Positions 37,074 through 46,474 of a stretch of 64,000 nt of DNA are shown one piece after another. Every line of letters starts with the position of its first letter. Within the stretch, counting starts at the first letter, position 1. The stretch comes from a bacterium (GTDB lineage Bacteria > SZUA-182 > SZUA-191 > JAJRXT01), in NCBI GenBank assembly GCA_024277675.1, contig JAJRUS010000007.1:4254-68253 (forward strand), in the 5' to 3' direction. The position numbers and the translations under genes are program-made. Below the pieces are notes generated by a model, which did not search any database, was not told the DNA's origin, and worked only from the letters and a program-made list of their open reading frames with translations.

Positions 37074-38474
37074 ATGGGTAAGATTCAACCAAAAGAAGTA
37101 TATGAAGAAGGAACTGATCTCCTTCAAAATATGCACTGGCTGATTGGATTGCGCTGGCTGTTTGTGGCGGCAATAATTGTCACTGTACTGTTTTGTAAAT
37201 ATTTTTTGACGCTGGGGGCGGCCTATTTTCAAATCGGTATATTGACCGCGGTATTGCTGGCCTATAATATAAGCTTTGCGGTTGGCGGGCGGTTTTTTTA
37301 TCGTCAGCCACAACTGAGTTCTAAGCAGATTGATTTGGTCAGGGGCAGCCTGTTTACTCAGATTACGCTGGATCTGATAATACTTACCCTGATGATTCAT
37401 TATACCGGCGGCGGGGAAAACCCGCTGCTTTTTTTCTATATATTTCATGTGACCATTGCCGGCATTATGTTTCCCCGCCGGACGGCTTATTTATTCAGCT
37501 TGTTGGCAGTGGTTTTGCTGGGTTTTTTATTGGGGTCGGAATATTTTGGGGTAATTTCTCATTATCACCTTAAGGGTTTTTTACCGGTGGAGCTATATCG
37601 GGAAGGAACATATATCCTGGGGCTGGGGGTGACATTGACCCTTACCCTAATGACTTCGGTATACTTGGCTACCACTATAATGACCCGCTTGCACCGGCGG
37701 GAATTGGAATTGGAACAAGCTCGCCAAACCCTGCTGGAAGAGAGTCGAAGTTGTGAAATATCTTTAGCCCAGTTGGATCGATTGCATAAAGAAAAATCGG
37801 ATTTCATGCGCAAAGTGGCTCATGAATTACGGGCGCCCCTGGCGGCTATCAAGAGTTGCCTACAGGTGGCCCGTGAATATTATGCCGATGAGTTAACCGG
37901 CAAACCCCGGGAAATGATCGAGCGGGCTGAACGTCGCTCGGATGGATTAATGGCGCTGGTAAAGGATTTACTGAATCTATCCCAGGCAACCGAATTTTCG
38001 CCGGCTACTAACTTTCAACCGCTACAGATAGATAAACTATTGTCAACGGTAATAGAATTCTGCCGCCCGATAGCCCAGGAGCAAGGCATACAAATTGTGG
38101 CACAACTGGAAACAACGGTTGAGGTTATGGCTGACCCGCAGGGGCTGGAGGAAGTGTTTACCAATCTACTTTCCAATGCAATTAAGTATTCCCCTGAAAA
38201 AACAGAAGTGACCGTCAGCCTGAAGGTGGATGATGAACGGGCCTGTATTTATTTTACCGACCAGGGAATCGGCATTGATCCGGAAGATATGCCGTTATTA
38301 TTTACCGAATTCTTTCGCGCCAAGAATGCCAAAGCTTTACATGTAGAGGGTACCGGTTTAGGGCTGGCCCTGAGTAAGCGCATTGTGGAAGCTCATGGGG
38401 GAGAAATCAGCGTGGAGTCTACTCTGGGTGAGGGAAGCAGCTTTAAGCTCCAGCTTCCACTTAAGCCGGCCTGA
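37074..38474 (+). CDS. Membrane sensor histidine kinase
   Basis: Five to six N-terminal transmembrane segments are present. The H-box is HELRAPLAAI. The N, G1 and G2 boxes are present (LLSNAIKYS, DQGIGI, GTGLGLAL). Confidence 0.85.
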   Translation: MGKIQPKEVYEEGTDLLQNMHWLIGLRWLFVAAIIVTVLFCKYFLTLGAAYFQIGILTAVLLAYNISFAVGGRFFYRQPQLSSKQIDLVRGSLFTQITLDLIILTLMIHYTGGGENPLLFFYIFHVTIAGIMFPRRTAYLFSLLAVVLLGFLLGSEYFGVISHYHLKGFLPVELYREGTYILGLGVTLTLTLMTSVYLATTIMTRLHRRELELEQARQTLLEESRSCEISLAQLDRLHKEKSDFMRKVAHELRAPLAAIKSCLQVAREYYADELTGKPREMIERAERRSDGLMALVKDLLNLSQATEFSPATNFQPLQIDKLLSTVIEFCRPIAQEQGIQIVAQLETTVEVMADPQGLEEVFTNLLSNAIKYSPEKTEVTVSLKVDDERACIYFTDQGIGIDPEDMPLLFTEFFRAKNAKALHVEGTGLGLALSKRIVEAHGGEISVESTLGEGSSFKLQLPLKPA

Positions 38475-38605
38475 ACTAAGCAGGCAACACAGCATAAATA
38501 TTTTTATATATTGCATTGGTAGCCGCCGGCTTTAGCCTGCGCAGCATAACGCACCCTGAAGGGTGCGGCTACCAGGCTTTATGTCAACAAATGGAGATTA
38601 ACCGG

Positions 38606-39727
38606 ATGAAATCAAAGGTATATTTTATTGATTTAAGAGCTAAACAAAAGCAGAATCTATTTTCCAAATTAGAGCAATTATTAAATATTAGCGGAATTAA
38701 AAACCTGATAGCCAGACAAGCCCTGGTAGCGTTGAAACTGCACTTCGGGGAGGACGGTAACTTAAGCTATATTCACCCGCGGCTGGTGCGCTGCGTGGTG
38801 GATTTGGTTAAATCCTGCGGCGGGCTGCCCTTTCTTACCGATACCAATAGTTTATATGTAGGCAGCCGGTCAAATGCGGTACATCATATGCACACCGCCC
38901 ACAAGAACGGTTTTGGGCTAAGTATGCAGGGCGCCCCGGTGATTATTGCCGACGGCCTGCGGGGGGCGGATTCCATTGCGATAGAGATAAATCAGCAGCA
39001 TTTCAAAACCGTGGACTTGGCTCAACAGGTATGCCAGGCGGATGCAATGTTGGCCTTAACTCATTTTAAGGCGCATGAGCTGACCGGTATTGGCGGGGCG
39101 CTCAAGAATATCGGTATGGGCCTTGCCGCAAGAGCAGGCAAGTTGAGCATACACTCTACGGTGAATCCCTATATCGCCAAAACATGTATCGCCTGCGGTA
39201 GCTGTATAGCCTATTGCCCGGCCGGCGCTATTTCGCTGACCGGCCCTGAAGGGCGGGCTTCCATTGAGGAAGCGCGCTGTATCGGCTGCGGGCAGTGCCT
39301 GATTAGCTGCCCGGAGCATCAAATTCATATTCGCTGGGATGAGTCGGTGCAGAATGTACAACAGAAAATTGTCGAATATGCCTATGGCCTGCTTAAAGTA
39401 AAGGGACTAAACTCCCTGTTTGTAAACTTCATTACCAACGTGACTCCCGAATGTGACTGCTACGGGCACTCCGATGCCGCAATTGTGCCGGATATCGGCA
39501 TTGTGGCCTCATCCGATCCGGTGGCTATAGATCAAGCCTCAGCCGACCTGGTAAATAAAGCCCCGGGTTTAAGGGATACCGCCCTAAAGGGCGCCTATAG
39601 AGCGGGCGGCGATAAATTCCGCTCGCTGTATTCGCATATTGACTGGAGGATTCAATTGGAATATGCTGAGAAAATCGGCTTAGGTAGCCGAAAGTACGAG
39701 ATAATAAAGGTACTAAAGGAGACATAA
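38606..39727 (+). CDS. DUF362-family Fe-S protein with a 2x[4Fe-4S] ferredoxin insert
   Basis: An RBS (GGAG) lies before the ATG at 38606. Cys clusters are CIACGSCIAYCP and CIGCGQCLISCP. The frame also opens at 38516. Confidence 0.6.
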   Translation: MKSKVYFIDLRAKQKQNLFSKLEQLLNISGIKNLIARQALVALKLHFGEDGNLSYIHPRLVRCVVDLVKSCGGLPFLTDTNSLYVGSRSNAVHHMHTAHKNGFGLSMQGAPVIIADGLRGADSIAIEINQQHFKTVDLAQQVCQADAMLALTHFKAHELTGIGGALKNIGMGLAARAGKLSIHSTVNPYIAKTCIACGSCIAYCPAGAISLTGPEGRASIEEARCIGCGQCLISCPEHQIHIRWDESVQNVQQKIVEYAYGLLKVKGLNSLFVNFITNVTPECDCYGHSDAAIVPDIGIVASSDPVAIDQASADLVNKAPGLRDTALKGAYRAGGDKFRSLYSHIDWRIQLEYAEKIGLGSRKYEIIKVLKET

Positions 39728-39766
39728 TCCCGGGGACAAGTCCCCCCCTTAATAAATCAGCTACTT

Positions 39767-40066
39767 TTACTCCCGGCAGACGGGTATCATTGATCTGGCA
39801 TCCCAAACGCCCCAAACTTCAACCGCAGCCTCAGCTTCTTTGTATTCGTAATATATTTTGTAGTGTTTCCAGACCAGGAAGCGTAGGTTGGGGTATGTTT
39901 TCCGGAAAGCGGTTTTGCCGATTTTTGGATACAAGGCAATATTTTCTAGCTGTGCTAAAAGCCCTTTTGCAAATTCATAAGCTGCGGCGGGGGATTCCTG
40001 TTCAATATATTCCTTGATATGTTTAACCCGTTCAACGGCCTCAGGTGACCAGCGGATTTTATTCAC
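39767..40066 (-). CDS. ParE/RelE-superfamily toxin (type II TA)
   Basis: The protein is 99 aa with a GTG start overlapping the upstream ORF stop (GTGA). It has a ParE-like N-terminal helix pair and a C-terminal beta region (YKIYYEYKEAEAAVEVWGVW). Confidence 0.55.
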   Translation of the reverse strand: MNKIRWSPEAVERVKHIKEYIEQESPAAAYEFAKGLLAQLENIALYPKIGKTAFRKTYPNLRFLVWKHYKIYYEYKEAEAAVEVWGVWDARSMIPVCRE

Positions 40067-40239
40067 TTAAGCAGCCCTTGTTTTACCGTTTCATGCTCAA
40101 GGTGTTGTCCCTGGTCAAATTGTTCTTTGCTGCGCTCCAGCATCAGTTTGATTAAAAATTCCTCGATCAGCTCATCTTCATGCCTGTCATCCGGCAAGGT
40201 ATTGATAATAGTAAGCATTTTTTCCTTCGTTGATAACAT
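40063..40239 (-). CDS. Putative antitoxin (58 aa)
   Basis: The ORF MLSTKEKMLTIINTLPDDRHEDELIEEFLIKLMLERSKEQFDQGQHLEHETVKQGLLK is translationally coupled to the toxin gene. It is not in the supplied ORF track because it is shorter than 60 aa. Confidence 0.4.
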   Translation of the reverse strand: MLSTKEKMLTIINTLPDDRHEDELIEEFLIKLMLERSKEQFDQGQHLEHETVKQGLLK

Positions 40240-40370
40240 GAATTATCACCTCTTCTCTGCTAATGTAATTATATACTAACAAGCGGCCGGCTGCTTGTCA
40301 ATTGTCGGTGCGCTGGAAACCGCTACCGGGCTGTGTTATAATCTCCGGGATTGCTATAAAAGGACATCAA

Positions 40371-42302
40371 ATGTGCGGAATTTGCGGGTTTACAGGCTTT
40401 AAGGATGAGGCGCTGCTACGGGATATGACCGATATCTTGAAGCATCGCGGGCCGGATGATAGCGGGGCTTATCAGGATGCCGGCATCTCGCTGGGGCATT
40501 GCCGCTTGAGTATCATCGATCTTCACACCGGGCATCAACCCATACATAATGAGGATCAAAGCCTGTGGGTGGTCTATAACGGCGAGATTTATAATTTCCC
40601 TGAGCTAAAAAAGGATTTATTAAATAAAGGGCATAAGTTCTATACCGCCTCAGATACCGAAGTGCTGGTGCATTTATATGAGGAGTACGGCGACAAGCTG
40701 GCCGATAAGCTAAACGGTATATTTGCCTTTGCGCTGTGGGATAAGCGCAATAAAAAGCTATTGTTAGTCAGAGATCAACTGGGGGTTAAGCCATTATATT
40801 ATTACTTTAATAACGGCATTTTGCTGTTTTCATCCGAGCTTAAGGCCTTATTGTTAGCTACTCAGATAAAGCGCCAACTGGATTTCCAATCGTTACACTA
40901 CTTTTTAAACCTGCGTTTTCTGCCGGGTGAGGGCACCTTATTTTCCGGCATAAAAAAACTGCCCCCCGCCAGCATATTAAGCTACCAGCATCAAACTTTT
41001 AATATACAAAAATACTGGCGGCTTACTCCCCGGATACAAAGTAACCGCCGGCTGGAGGATTATCAGGAAGGCATTGTGCATCATCTGAAACAGGCTATAA
41101 AGCGCCAGTTGATAAGCGATGTGCCGCTGGGAGTGTTTCTTTCGGGCGGCATGGATTCTTCCTCGATTGTGGCGCTGATGAGCCAGGTGACAAGTGCGCC
41201 CATCAACACCTTCTGCATGGCCTTCGGCGAGCCTACCGATGAGCTTACCGATGCTAAGCTTATTGCCAGGCAGTTTAATACCCGGCATCATGAGCTAAGC
41301 ATTGAACCCGACCCCTTAAAATATCTGCCGCAGGTCATCTGGCATGCCGAGGAACCCAAGGTGAACCTGCTGCAGGGGTATCTTATTTCCCGGTTTGCCG
41401 CTCAACATGTAAAGGTGGCGCTGGGTGGTTTGGGCGGGGATGAGCTGTTTGCCGGTTATACCAGCAATCAATTCATTTACCCCAGCCAGACGCTGCAGCG
41501 GCTGCTGCCGCAAATTATCACCCGGCAGGTGCTCTCCCGCTTGAGTTCCCTTATTTTCAAGCTACAGGATAAATCAGGGCTACTGCAATATGATGAATAC
41601 CGTCGCGGATTACAGATGCTGCTTTCCCTGGGGGATAAGGCCCGCTATTATCTCATCCTGCGTAATGTGTGGGATTATGAAGCGGCGAATTATAAGCATA
41701 TATATGCCGACGGCTTACCAATAGTAAATCAGGTAAAAGAACTATACGCTCCCTATTTTGCGGATGCCTCAGCTAATTTCCTAGAGCAGACGTTATTGGC
41801 CGAGCTTCATACCAAACTGGTGGATGATTTCCTGCTGAACGAAGACCGCATGTCGATGGCTAACTCATTAGAGGTAAGGGTGCCGTTTCTGGACCGGGAT
41901 TTAGTGGAGTACGCCTTTAATATCCCAGGCAACCTGAAGATAAAGGGCAACCGCCCCAAGTACATATTTAAAGCCGCCATGACCCCGCATCTGCCAAAAG
42001 CGACATTAAATAAAAAAAAATGGGGTTTCGCCATTAATCCCTATTTTCAATTTAAGAAGGATTTAAAATATACCGCAGAGAGAATCCTCACCCCCAGGCG
42101 AGTAAAAGAACGGGGATTATTCAACTATGCTTATATAAAACAAATCCTGGATTACCCAGCCCATCCCCGTATGCGCTGGCACTATATGCTGCTGTGGATG
42201 CTGGTGGGCTTTGAAATCTGGCACCAGATGTTTATTGACGGCGGGGGAAGCCCCCCCGGGGGGAGCCCCCCCGATTTTGATATTGAGAGTTATTATGAGT
42301 GA
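40371..42302 (+). CDS. asnB: Asparagine synthetase (glutamine-hydrolysing)
   Basis: The N-terminal nucleophile is MCGICGF. The PP-loop is SGGMDSS. The C-terminal tail (GGGSPPGGSPPDFDIESYYE) is unusual and is encoded by GC-rich hairpins. Confidence 0.9.
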   Translation: MCGICGFTGFKDEALLRDMTDILKHRGPDDSGAYQDAGISLGHCRLSIIDLHTGHQPIHNEDQSLWVVYNGEIYNFPELKKDLLNKGHKFYTASDTEVLVHLYEEYGDKLADKLNGIFAFALWDKRNKKLLLVRDQLGVKPLYYYFNNGILLFSSELKALLLATQIKRQLDFQSLHYFLNLRFLPGEGTLFSGIKKLPPASILSYQHQTFNIQKYWRLTPRIQSNRRLEDYQEGIVHHLKQAIKRQLISDVPLGVFLSGGMDSSSIVALMSQVTSAPINTFCMAFGEPTDELTDAKLIARQFNTRHHELSIEPDPLKYLPQVIWHAEEPKVNLLQGYLISRFAAQHVKVALGGLGGDELFAGYTSNQFIYPSQTLQRLLPQIITRQVLSRLSSLIFKLQDKSGLLQYDEYRRGLQMLLSLGDKARYYLILRNVWDYEAANYKHIYADGLPIVNQVKELYAPYFADASANFLEQTLLAELHTKLVDDFLLNEDRMSMANSLEVRVPFLDRDLVEYAFNIPGNLKIKGNRPKYIFKAAMTPHLPKATLNKKKWGFAINPYFQFKKDLKYTAERILTPRRVKERGLFNYAYIKQILDYPAHPRMRWHYMLLWMLVGFEIWHQMFIDGGGSPPGGSPPDFDIESYYE

Positions 42303-43698
42303 ATCTAAGAAAATTGATAAGGAAGTTTTTGGTGAAAAGCTAAAGAATAAAAGAGAAGAAGCTTTGGCAATGTTGAAGAATGACAAGGGAAATTATTTTG
42401 ATGAAGTCCAGATAGGAAATATAAAGTACAAGATATTTGAAAATGCACCTGATGAACTCTTTACAAATGAAACTTCAGAATTATTGCCTGAAGATCCAAG
42501 TAAACCAATACCTGGCGTAAGACATCATTATCCTGCGATTATTATAGAAAGCATAAATTTTTCTTCAAGAGAAATTAAAAGAACGGATTTCTATTTTTGG
42601 TGTTTTCTTGGTAGAGTAAATTTTAAAGATGCTGAGTTTGCTGGTAAAGTACGGTTTGATCGTGCAACATTTTGTGGTGAAGTAAATTTTTCAGGAACTG
42701 AGTTTAGTCAAGGGGTGTATTTCCAACATGCTGAATTCACTGCCTTTGCAAACTTTAGAGGCACATCTTTTCATGGTGATGCAATCTTTGAACGGGTTTC
42801 CTCTGGCCCTGACAGTAAAATGGATTTTATGAGTGCCAGGTTTGAAAAGAAGGCAAACTTTGAAAAATCCCAGTTTTCCGGCGATATGATCTTTGATAAG
42901 GCAACATTTTATGAAACGACATATTTCGGTAATAAAACAACCTATGAGAAAGTTTTGTCATTTAAAAAAGCTATCTTTAAAGAACGCTGTGATCTTGAAG
43001 TTGAAAATTTTGGAGATTTTGTAGGCTTTAGGGGTACAGAGTTCAGAGGGTCACTATTCATAGATGGAGCCAAGTTATGTGAGAACGAGGACAAATTATC
43101 CTTTCCAAGCAAGTTGATTGTTAAAGAAGATGGGAAGGAAAATAAAAAAGAATCAAAAAAAAATATTCTTGCAGTAAAACAAATGTTCAATAAAATCCCA
43201 TCCTATGATGATGAAGACCATTTCTACTACTGGTATAAGGTTTATGAACGGGAGTCCAAATATAAGGATGATGATGGGAATTGGAAAAATAAAAACATTA
43301 TCAATCACTTAATATATTGGCTTTGGCATATAGGGTTTCTTGATAAAATAACCGGCTATTTCACAAAGCCCTGGAGAGTATTTACTGCTATTCCAGGAAC
43401 CATTTTTTTGTTTTGTCTTCTTTATCGCCTACCTTGGTGTTCAATTAACGGCCCCAACGAAACAACTTTATGGGAAAACCTTACATTTTCCCTTAAATCA
43501 ACAGATAATATTATCCTGTTTCTTGAACACTTATTAAAGACCTTATATTTCAGCGCAATAACTTTTGCAACTATTGGATATGGGGATTTTCATCCGGTTG
43601 GTTTTTTGACTATGTTCCTTGCTGCTGTGGAAGGGATAATTGGAGTTTTACTCATAGCCACGTTTCTGGTAACCCTAACCAAGAAAGTGTTATGGTGA
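42295..43698 (+). CDS. Pentapeptide-repeat domain fused to a 2-TM K+-channel pore domain (TIGYGD)
   Basis: Pentapeptide-like repeats are present (NFKDAEFAGKVRFDRATFCGEVNFSGTEFSQGVYFQHAEFTAFANFRGTSF...). The C-terminus is ...YFSAITFATIGYGDFHPVGFL...LIATFLVTL. The gene is very AT-rich. Its ATG overlaps the asnB stop. Confidence 0.7.
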   Translation: MSESKKIDKEVFGEKLKNKREEALAMLKNDKGNYFDEVQIGNIKYKIFENAPDELFTNETSELLPEDPSKPIPGVRHHYPAIIIESINFSSREIKRTDFYFWCFLGRVNFKDAEFAGKVRFDRATFCGEVNFSGTEFSQGVYFQHAEFTAFANFRGTSFHGDAIFERVSSGPDSKMDFMSARFEKKANFEKSQFSGDMIFDKATFYETTYFGNKTTYEKVLSFKKAIFKERCDLEVENFGDFVGFRGTEFRGSLFIDGAKLCENEDKLSFPSKLIVKEDGKENKKESKKNILAVKQMFNKIPSYDDEDHFYYWYKVYERESKYKDDDGNWKNKNIINHLIYWLWHIGFLDKITGYFTKPWRVFTAIPGTIFLFCLLYRLPWCSINGPNETTLWENLTFSLKSTDNIILFLEHLLKTLYFSAITFATIGYGDFHPVGFLTMFLAAVEGIIGVLLIATFLVTLTKKVLW

Positions 43699-43744
43699 GC
43701 TTGCTTACTTTGTGATCTTTGTGCTCTTTGTGGTTAAATGACGT

Positions 43745-43890
43745 GAGTCCGATATAAGGACTCATTGATTTTATATGTAGGGGCGGGGCTTGTCCCCGCC
43801 CGTAAATAAGCGGGAGGGGATTAACCCCTCCCCTACAAAAAAACCTACATCCGGGAGGCCACCAGGGCCTCCCCTACAATGGATTCAGGT
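43745..43890. repeat. Array of GC-rich 8-bp-stem hairpins (REP-like)
   Basis: Hairpins are GAGTCC-gatataa-GGACTC, GGGCGGGG-cttgt-CCCCGCCC, GGGAGGGG-attaa-CCCCTCCC and GGGAGGCC-accag-GGCCTCCC. Each of the last two is followed by CTAC. Confidence 0.5.
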
Positions 43891-43898
43891 ATTACTAG

Positions 43899-44975
43899 AT
43901 GAACATTCTCATCGCCTGCGGGTTAAGCAATTCAAAGCTGCATTCCAAATTAGCCCCCTTAATCGCTTCTACCAGGGTAGATAAAATCTATATTGTGCGT
44001 AAGGAAAGGATAGCCGGGGATAAAATAGTCTGTTTCTGCCCGCCGGGATTTTTTAAGCTAAATATTGTATTTACTGAAGCATACCGGATTTTCATGCTGG
44101 TTTACTTATGCTTAATGCTAAAAATTGACCTGTTGATCGGAATTTATCTGTTTCCGCATGGGGTTTATACTGTTATTTTGGGAAAAGCTTTTCGTAAAAA
44201 AAGCATCTTGATGCCCCTGGGAACTGATTTATTCTGGAATATCGCTGATTCAAGGTTTGAAAAAATATGGCTGTGGCTGCTGGGGCTGGCCGATTTTATC
44301 GGCGTCAGGGGCGACAACTCCAAAGCATATTTAATAAAAAGGGGACTTGTCCCTCAGGGGCTGGCCCCTCAAAAAATATTTATACCGCCCAATGTATTTG
44401 ATTTTGATGAGTTTCCAGCCAAAAAACAGGCTGTCAAGTATCAAATAATAACTGTAGGCTCACTGGTAGCCGATAAAAGAATGGACATCCTGCTGCGGGC
44501 GGTAGCTCAGGTGAAGCAGAACATAAAGCATATAAAAGTGGCTGTTATCGGCAGTGGTAAGCTGGAAAGTAGATTAAAAAACCTGGCCGGTCAATTAGGG
44601 TTAACCGATAATGTAGATTTCCCGGGGGCTGTAAGTAATGTACGGGACTATCTTAACGCATCCCAGGTCTTTGTACTGACCTCCCGTACCGAGGGCTTGC
44701 CGATGGCTATGGTTGAGGCGTTAAGCTGTGGCTTGCCGGTAGTGGTGGCTGAGGTAGGCGATATTAATACCGTGGCTAAAAACGGGATTAATGCTTTACT
44801 GGTAAGTAGCTTTACTCCAGAGGCTTTTGCCCGGGCGATTGAGAAGTTACTGACCGATGAGCAGCTTTATAGTCGCCTGGCCCAAAATGCGCTAACGATC
44901 AGGCAGGATTATAAACAGGAATACTCTTTAGAAAATGCCTTAAAGGTTTGGGATGGGATTTTAGACCAGGTATGA
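43899..44975 (+). CDS. GT4-family glycosyltransferase
   Basis: The C-terminal GT1/GT4 motif is EGLPMAMVEALSCGLPVV. Confidence 0.8.
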   Translation: MNILIACGLSNSKLHSKLAPLIASTRVDKIYIVRKERIAGDKIVCFCPPGFFKLNIVFTEAYRIFMLVYLCLMLKIDLLIGIYLFPHGVYTVILGKAFRKKSILMPLGTDLFWNIADSRFEKIWLWLLGLADFIGVRGDNSKAYLIKRGLVPQGLAPQKIFIPPNVFDFDEFPAKKQAVKYQIITVGSLVADKRMDILLRAVAQVKQNIKHIKVAVIGSGKLESRLKNLAGQLGLTDNVDFPGAVSNVRDYLNASQVFVLTSRTEGLPMAMVEALSCGLPVVVAEVGDINTVAKNGINALLVSSFTPEAFARAIEKLLTDEQLYSRLAQNALTIRQDYKQEYSLENALKVWDGILDQV

Positions 44976-44998
44976 CAAAATTAAGCTGATCAGCTTCT

Positions 44999-45994
44999 TT
45001 ACAGTCTATCCTTCATGACATCTACAAAACTATCTACCAACAGCGGATCAAATTGCTTGCCGGCCAGGTTTTTGATCTCAGTTACAGCTTCCCGGGAGGT
45101 TTTGCCTTTACGGTAGGGCCGGTCTGAAACCATGGCATCATAAGCATCGGCAATGAACAGGATTCCCAGGCTGTTTGAATCATATTCGTCCAGGTTTTTC
45201 GCTTGTTCGCCATAGCCGCTGTTGTCATAATATTTATGATGCGCCAGGATAATGGTCACCGCATCTTTGAATAAGCGTTGGAAGGGTTTCAAAAACTCCC
45301 CGCTTTTTTCCACATGGGTTCTCATCTCATTAATTTCCTCATCCGAAAGCTTGGCTGCTTTTAAAATAACATCGGTACTTATATCTACCTTACCGATATC
45401 ATGCAACAGGGCGGCTACCCGAATAGTTTCAGTTTGTCTTTCAGGAAGCTGCATTCCAACAGCCATTTCAGTGGCCAACTCGGCTACCCGGTACGAATGA
45501 CCGTTGGTATACTTGTCCGACGAATCTATAAACTTGGCCAGAATCTCCAGAACGCCCTCATAGGTATTCTTAAGCTCCGCATTTTGTCGCTTATTCTTAT
45601 CATAGAGACCGCCTACCACCGCACTGGTTAAAATCAGAAAACCGCCCCACAAACCTAAGTCACAAACCAAATTAAGCAAATTTGTTCCTTCAAGGTATGT
45701 GTCGGGGGACATCACTACAAAGTAGGTAACCAGCGCTACCGAAAAGATGGCCACCGAAATACCGGCTCTTTGCCCCAATATATATCCAGCCACCAACACC
45801 GGCAAGAAATAAATATCCAGGAACATCAATTTGTTTATTATAAAGAAATGAGTTAATACGGTTAGGAATATAAGTATGCCTACCAGTATTTTTTCAAAAT
45901 TAACATAGAAAAATTTCTTGAATGTATCGATGGCGGGTTTATCTATAAAGGTCACATTTTGCAAAACAAGGAAATTTTCTTTAATCGGGGGCAT
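44999..45994 (-). CDS. Membrane-anchored HD-GYP phosphodiesterase
   Basis: N-terminal transmembrane helices are present. The HD motif is LLHDIGK. The GYP-loop region is HHKYYDNSGYG. Confidence 0.8.
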   Translation of the reverse strand: MPPIKENFLVLQNVTFIDKPAIDTFKKFFYVNFEKILVGILIFLTVLTHFFIINKLMFLDIYFLPVLVAGYILGQRAGISVAIFSVALVTYFVVMSPDTYLEGTNLLNLVCDLGLWGGFLILTSAVVGGLYDKNKRQNAELKNTYEGVLEILAKFIDSSDKYTNGHSYRVAELATEMAVGMQLPERQTETIRVAALLHDIGKVDISTDVILKAAKLSDEEINEMRTHVEKSGEFLKPFQRLFKDAVTIILAHHKYYDNSGYGEQAKNLDEYDSNSLGILFIADAYDAMVSDRPYRKGKTSREAVTEIKNLAGKQFDPLLVDSFVDVMKDRL

Positions 45995-46474
45995 TTTTTC
46001 CTCCTCTACTAATTAAACTTGAGTTATATAAACCAGCTTGTGTATAATAGTCATAATTAGTAAGCCAATATAGGAAAATTGCTACTAACAAAAATTAATT
46101 ACGTTAATCGAATTATGCAACTTTCAAGCCAAGCAATCGCCGGGTTTTGTTTAAGCTTTATTTAATGTTTATTTTTTTGGCGCTTATGGGTGTTGCCATA
46201 TGTGTTTCCTGGGAATATGTTCAGTTAGAAATTAGGTTTTGGCCGAAATTTTCTAAAAAAGAGTAAGCTGCTCGGTTAGTTTTCGGGTGTTTGTACCCAA
46301 AAACGTAAGCCGATATTGCATTGTTCGTTAACAGGGTGTATTTATTGAATTATGCTATTTATGCGCACCCTTTGGTTAAATATAATTTGCCCTTAATAAC
46401 ACCCGAATTTTTCAGGTTAAATAGGTCACTCTAAAGCTTGTTTTAATCCACTCAAAACACAACGTCTTAAGTCT

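Noticed and set aside
36969-37448. 159-aa minus-strand ORF
   Set aside because: It lies entirely antisense to the well-supported histidine-kinase gene and has low-complexity composition. It is a shadow ORF.
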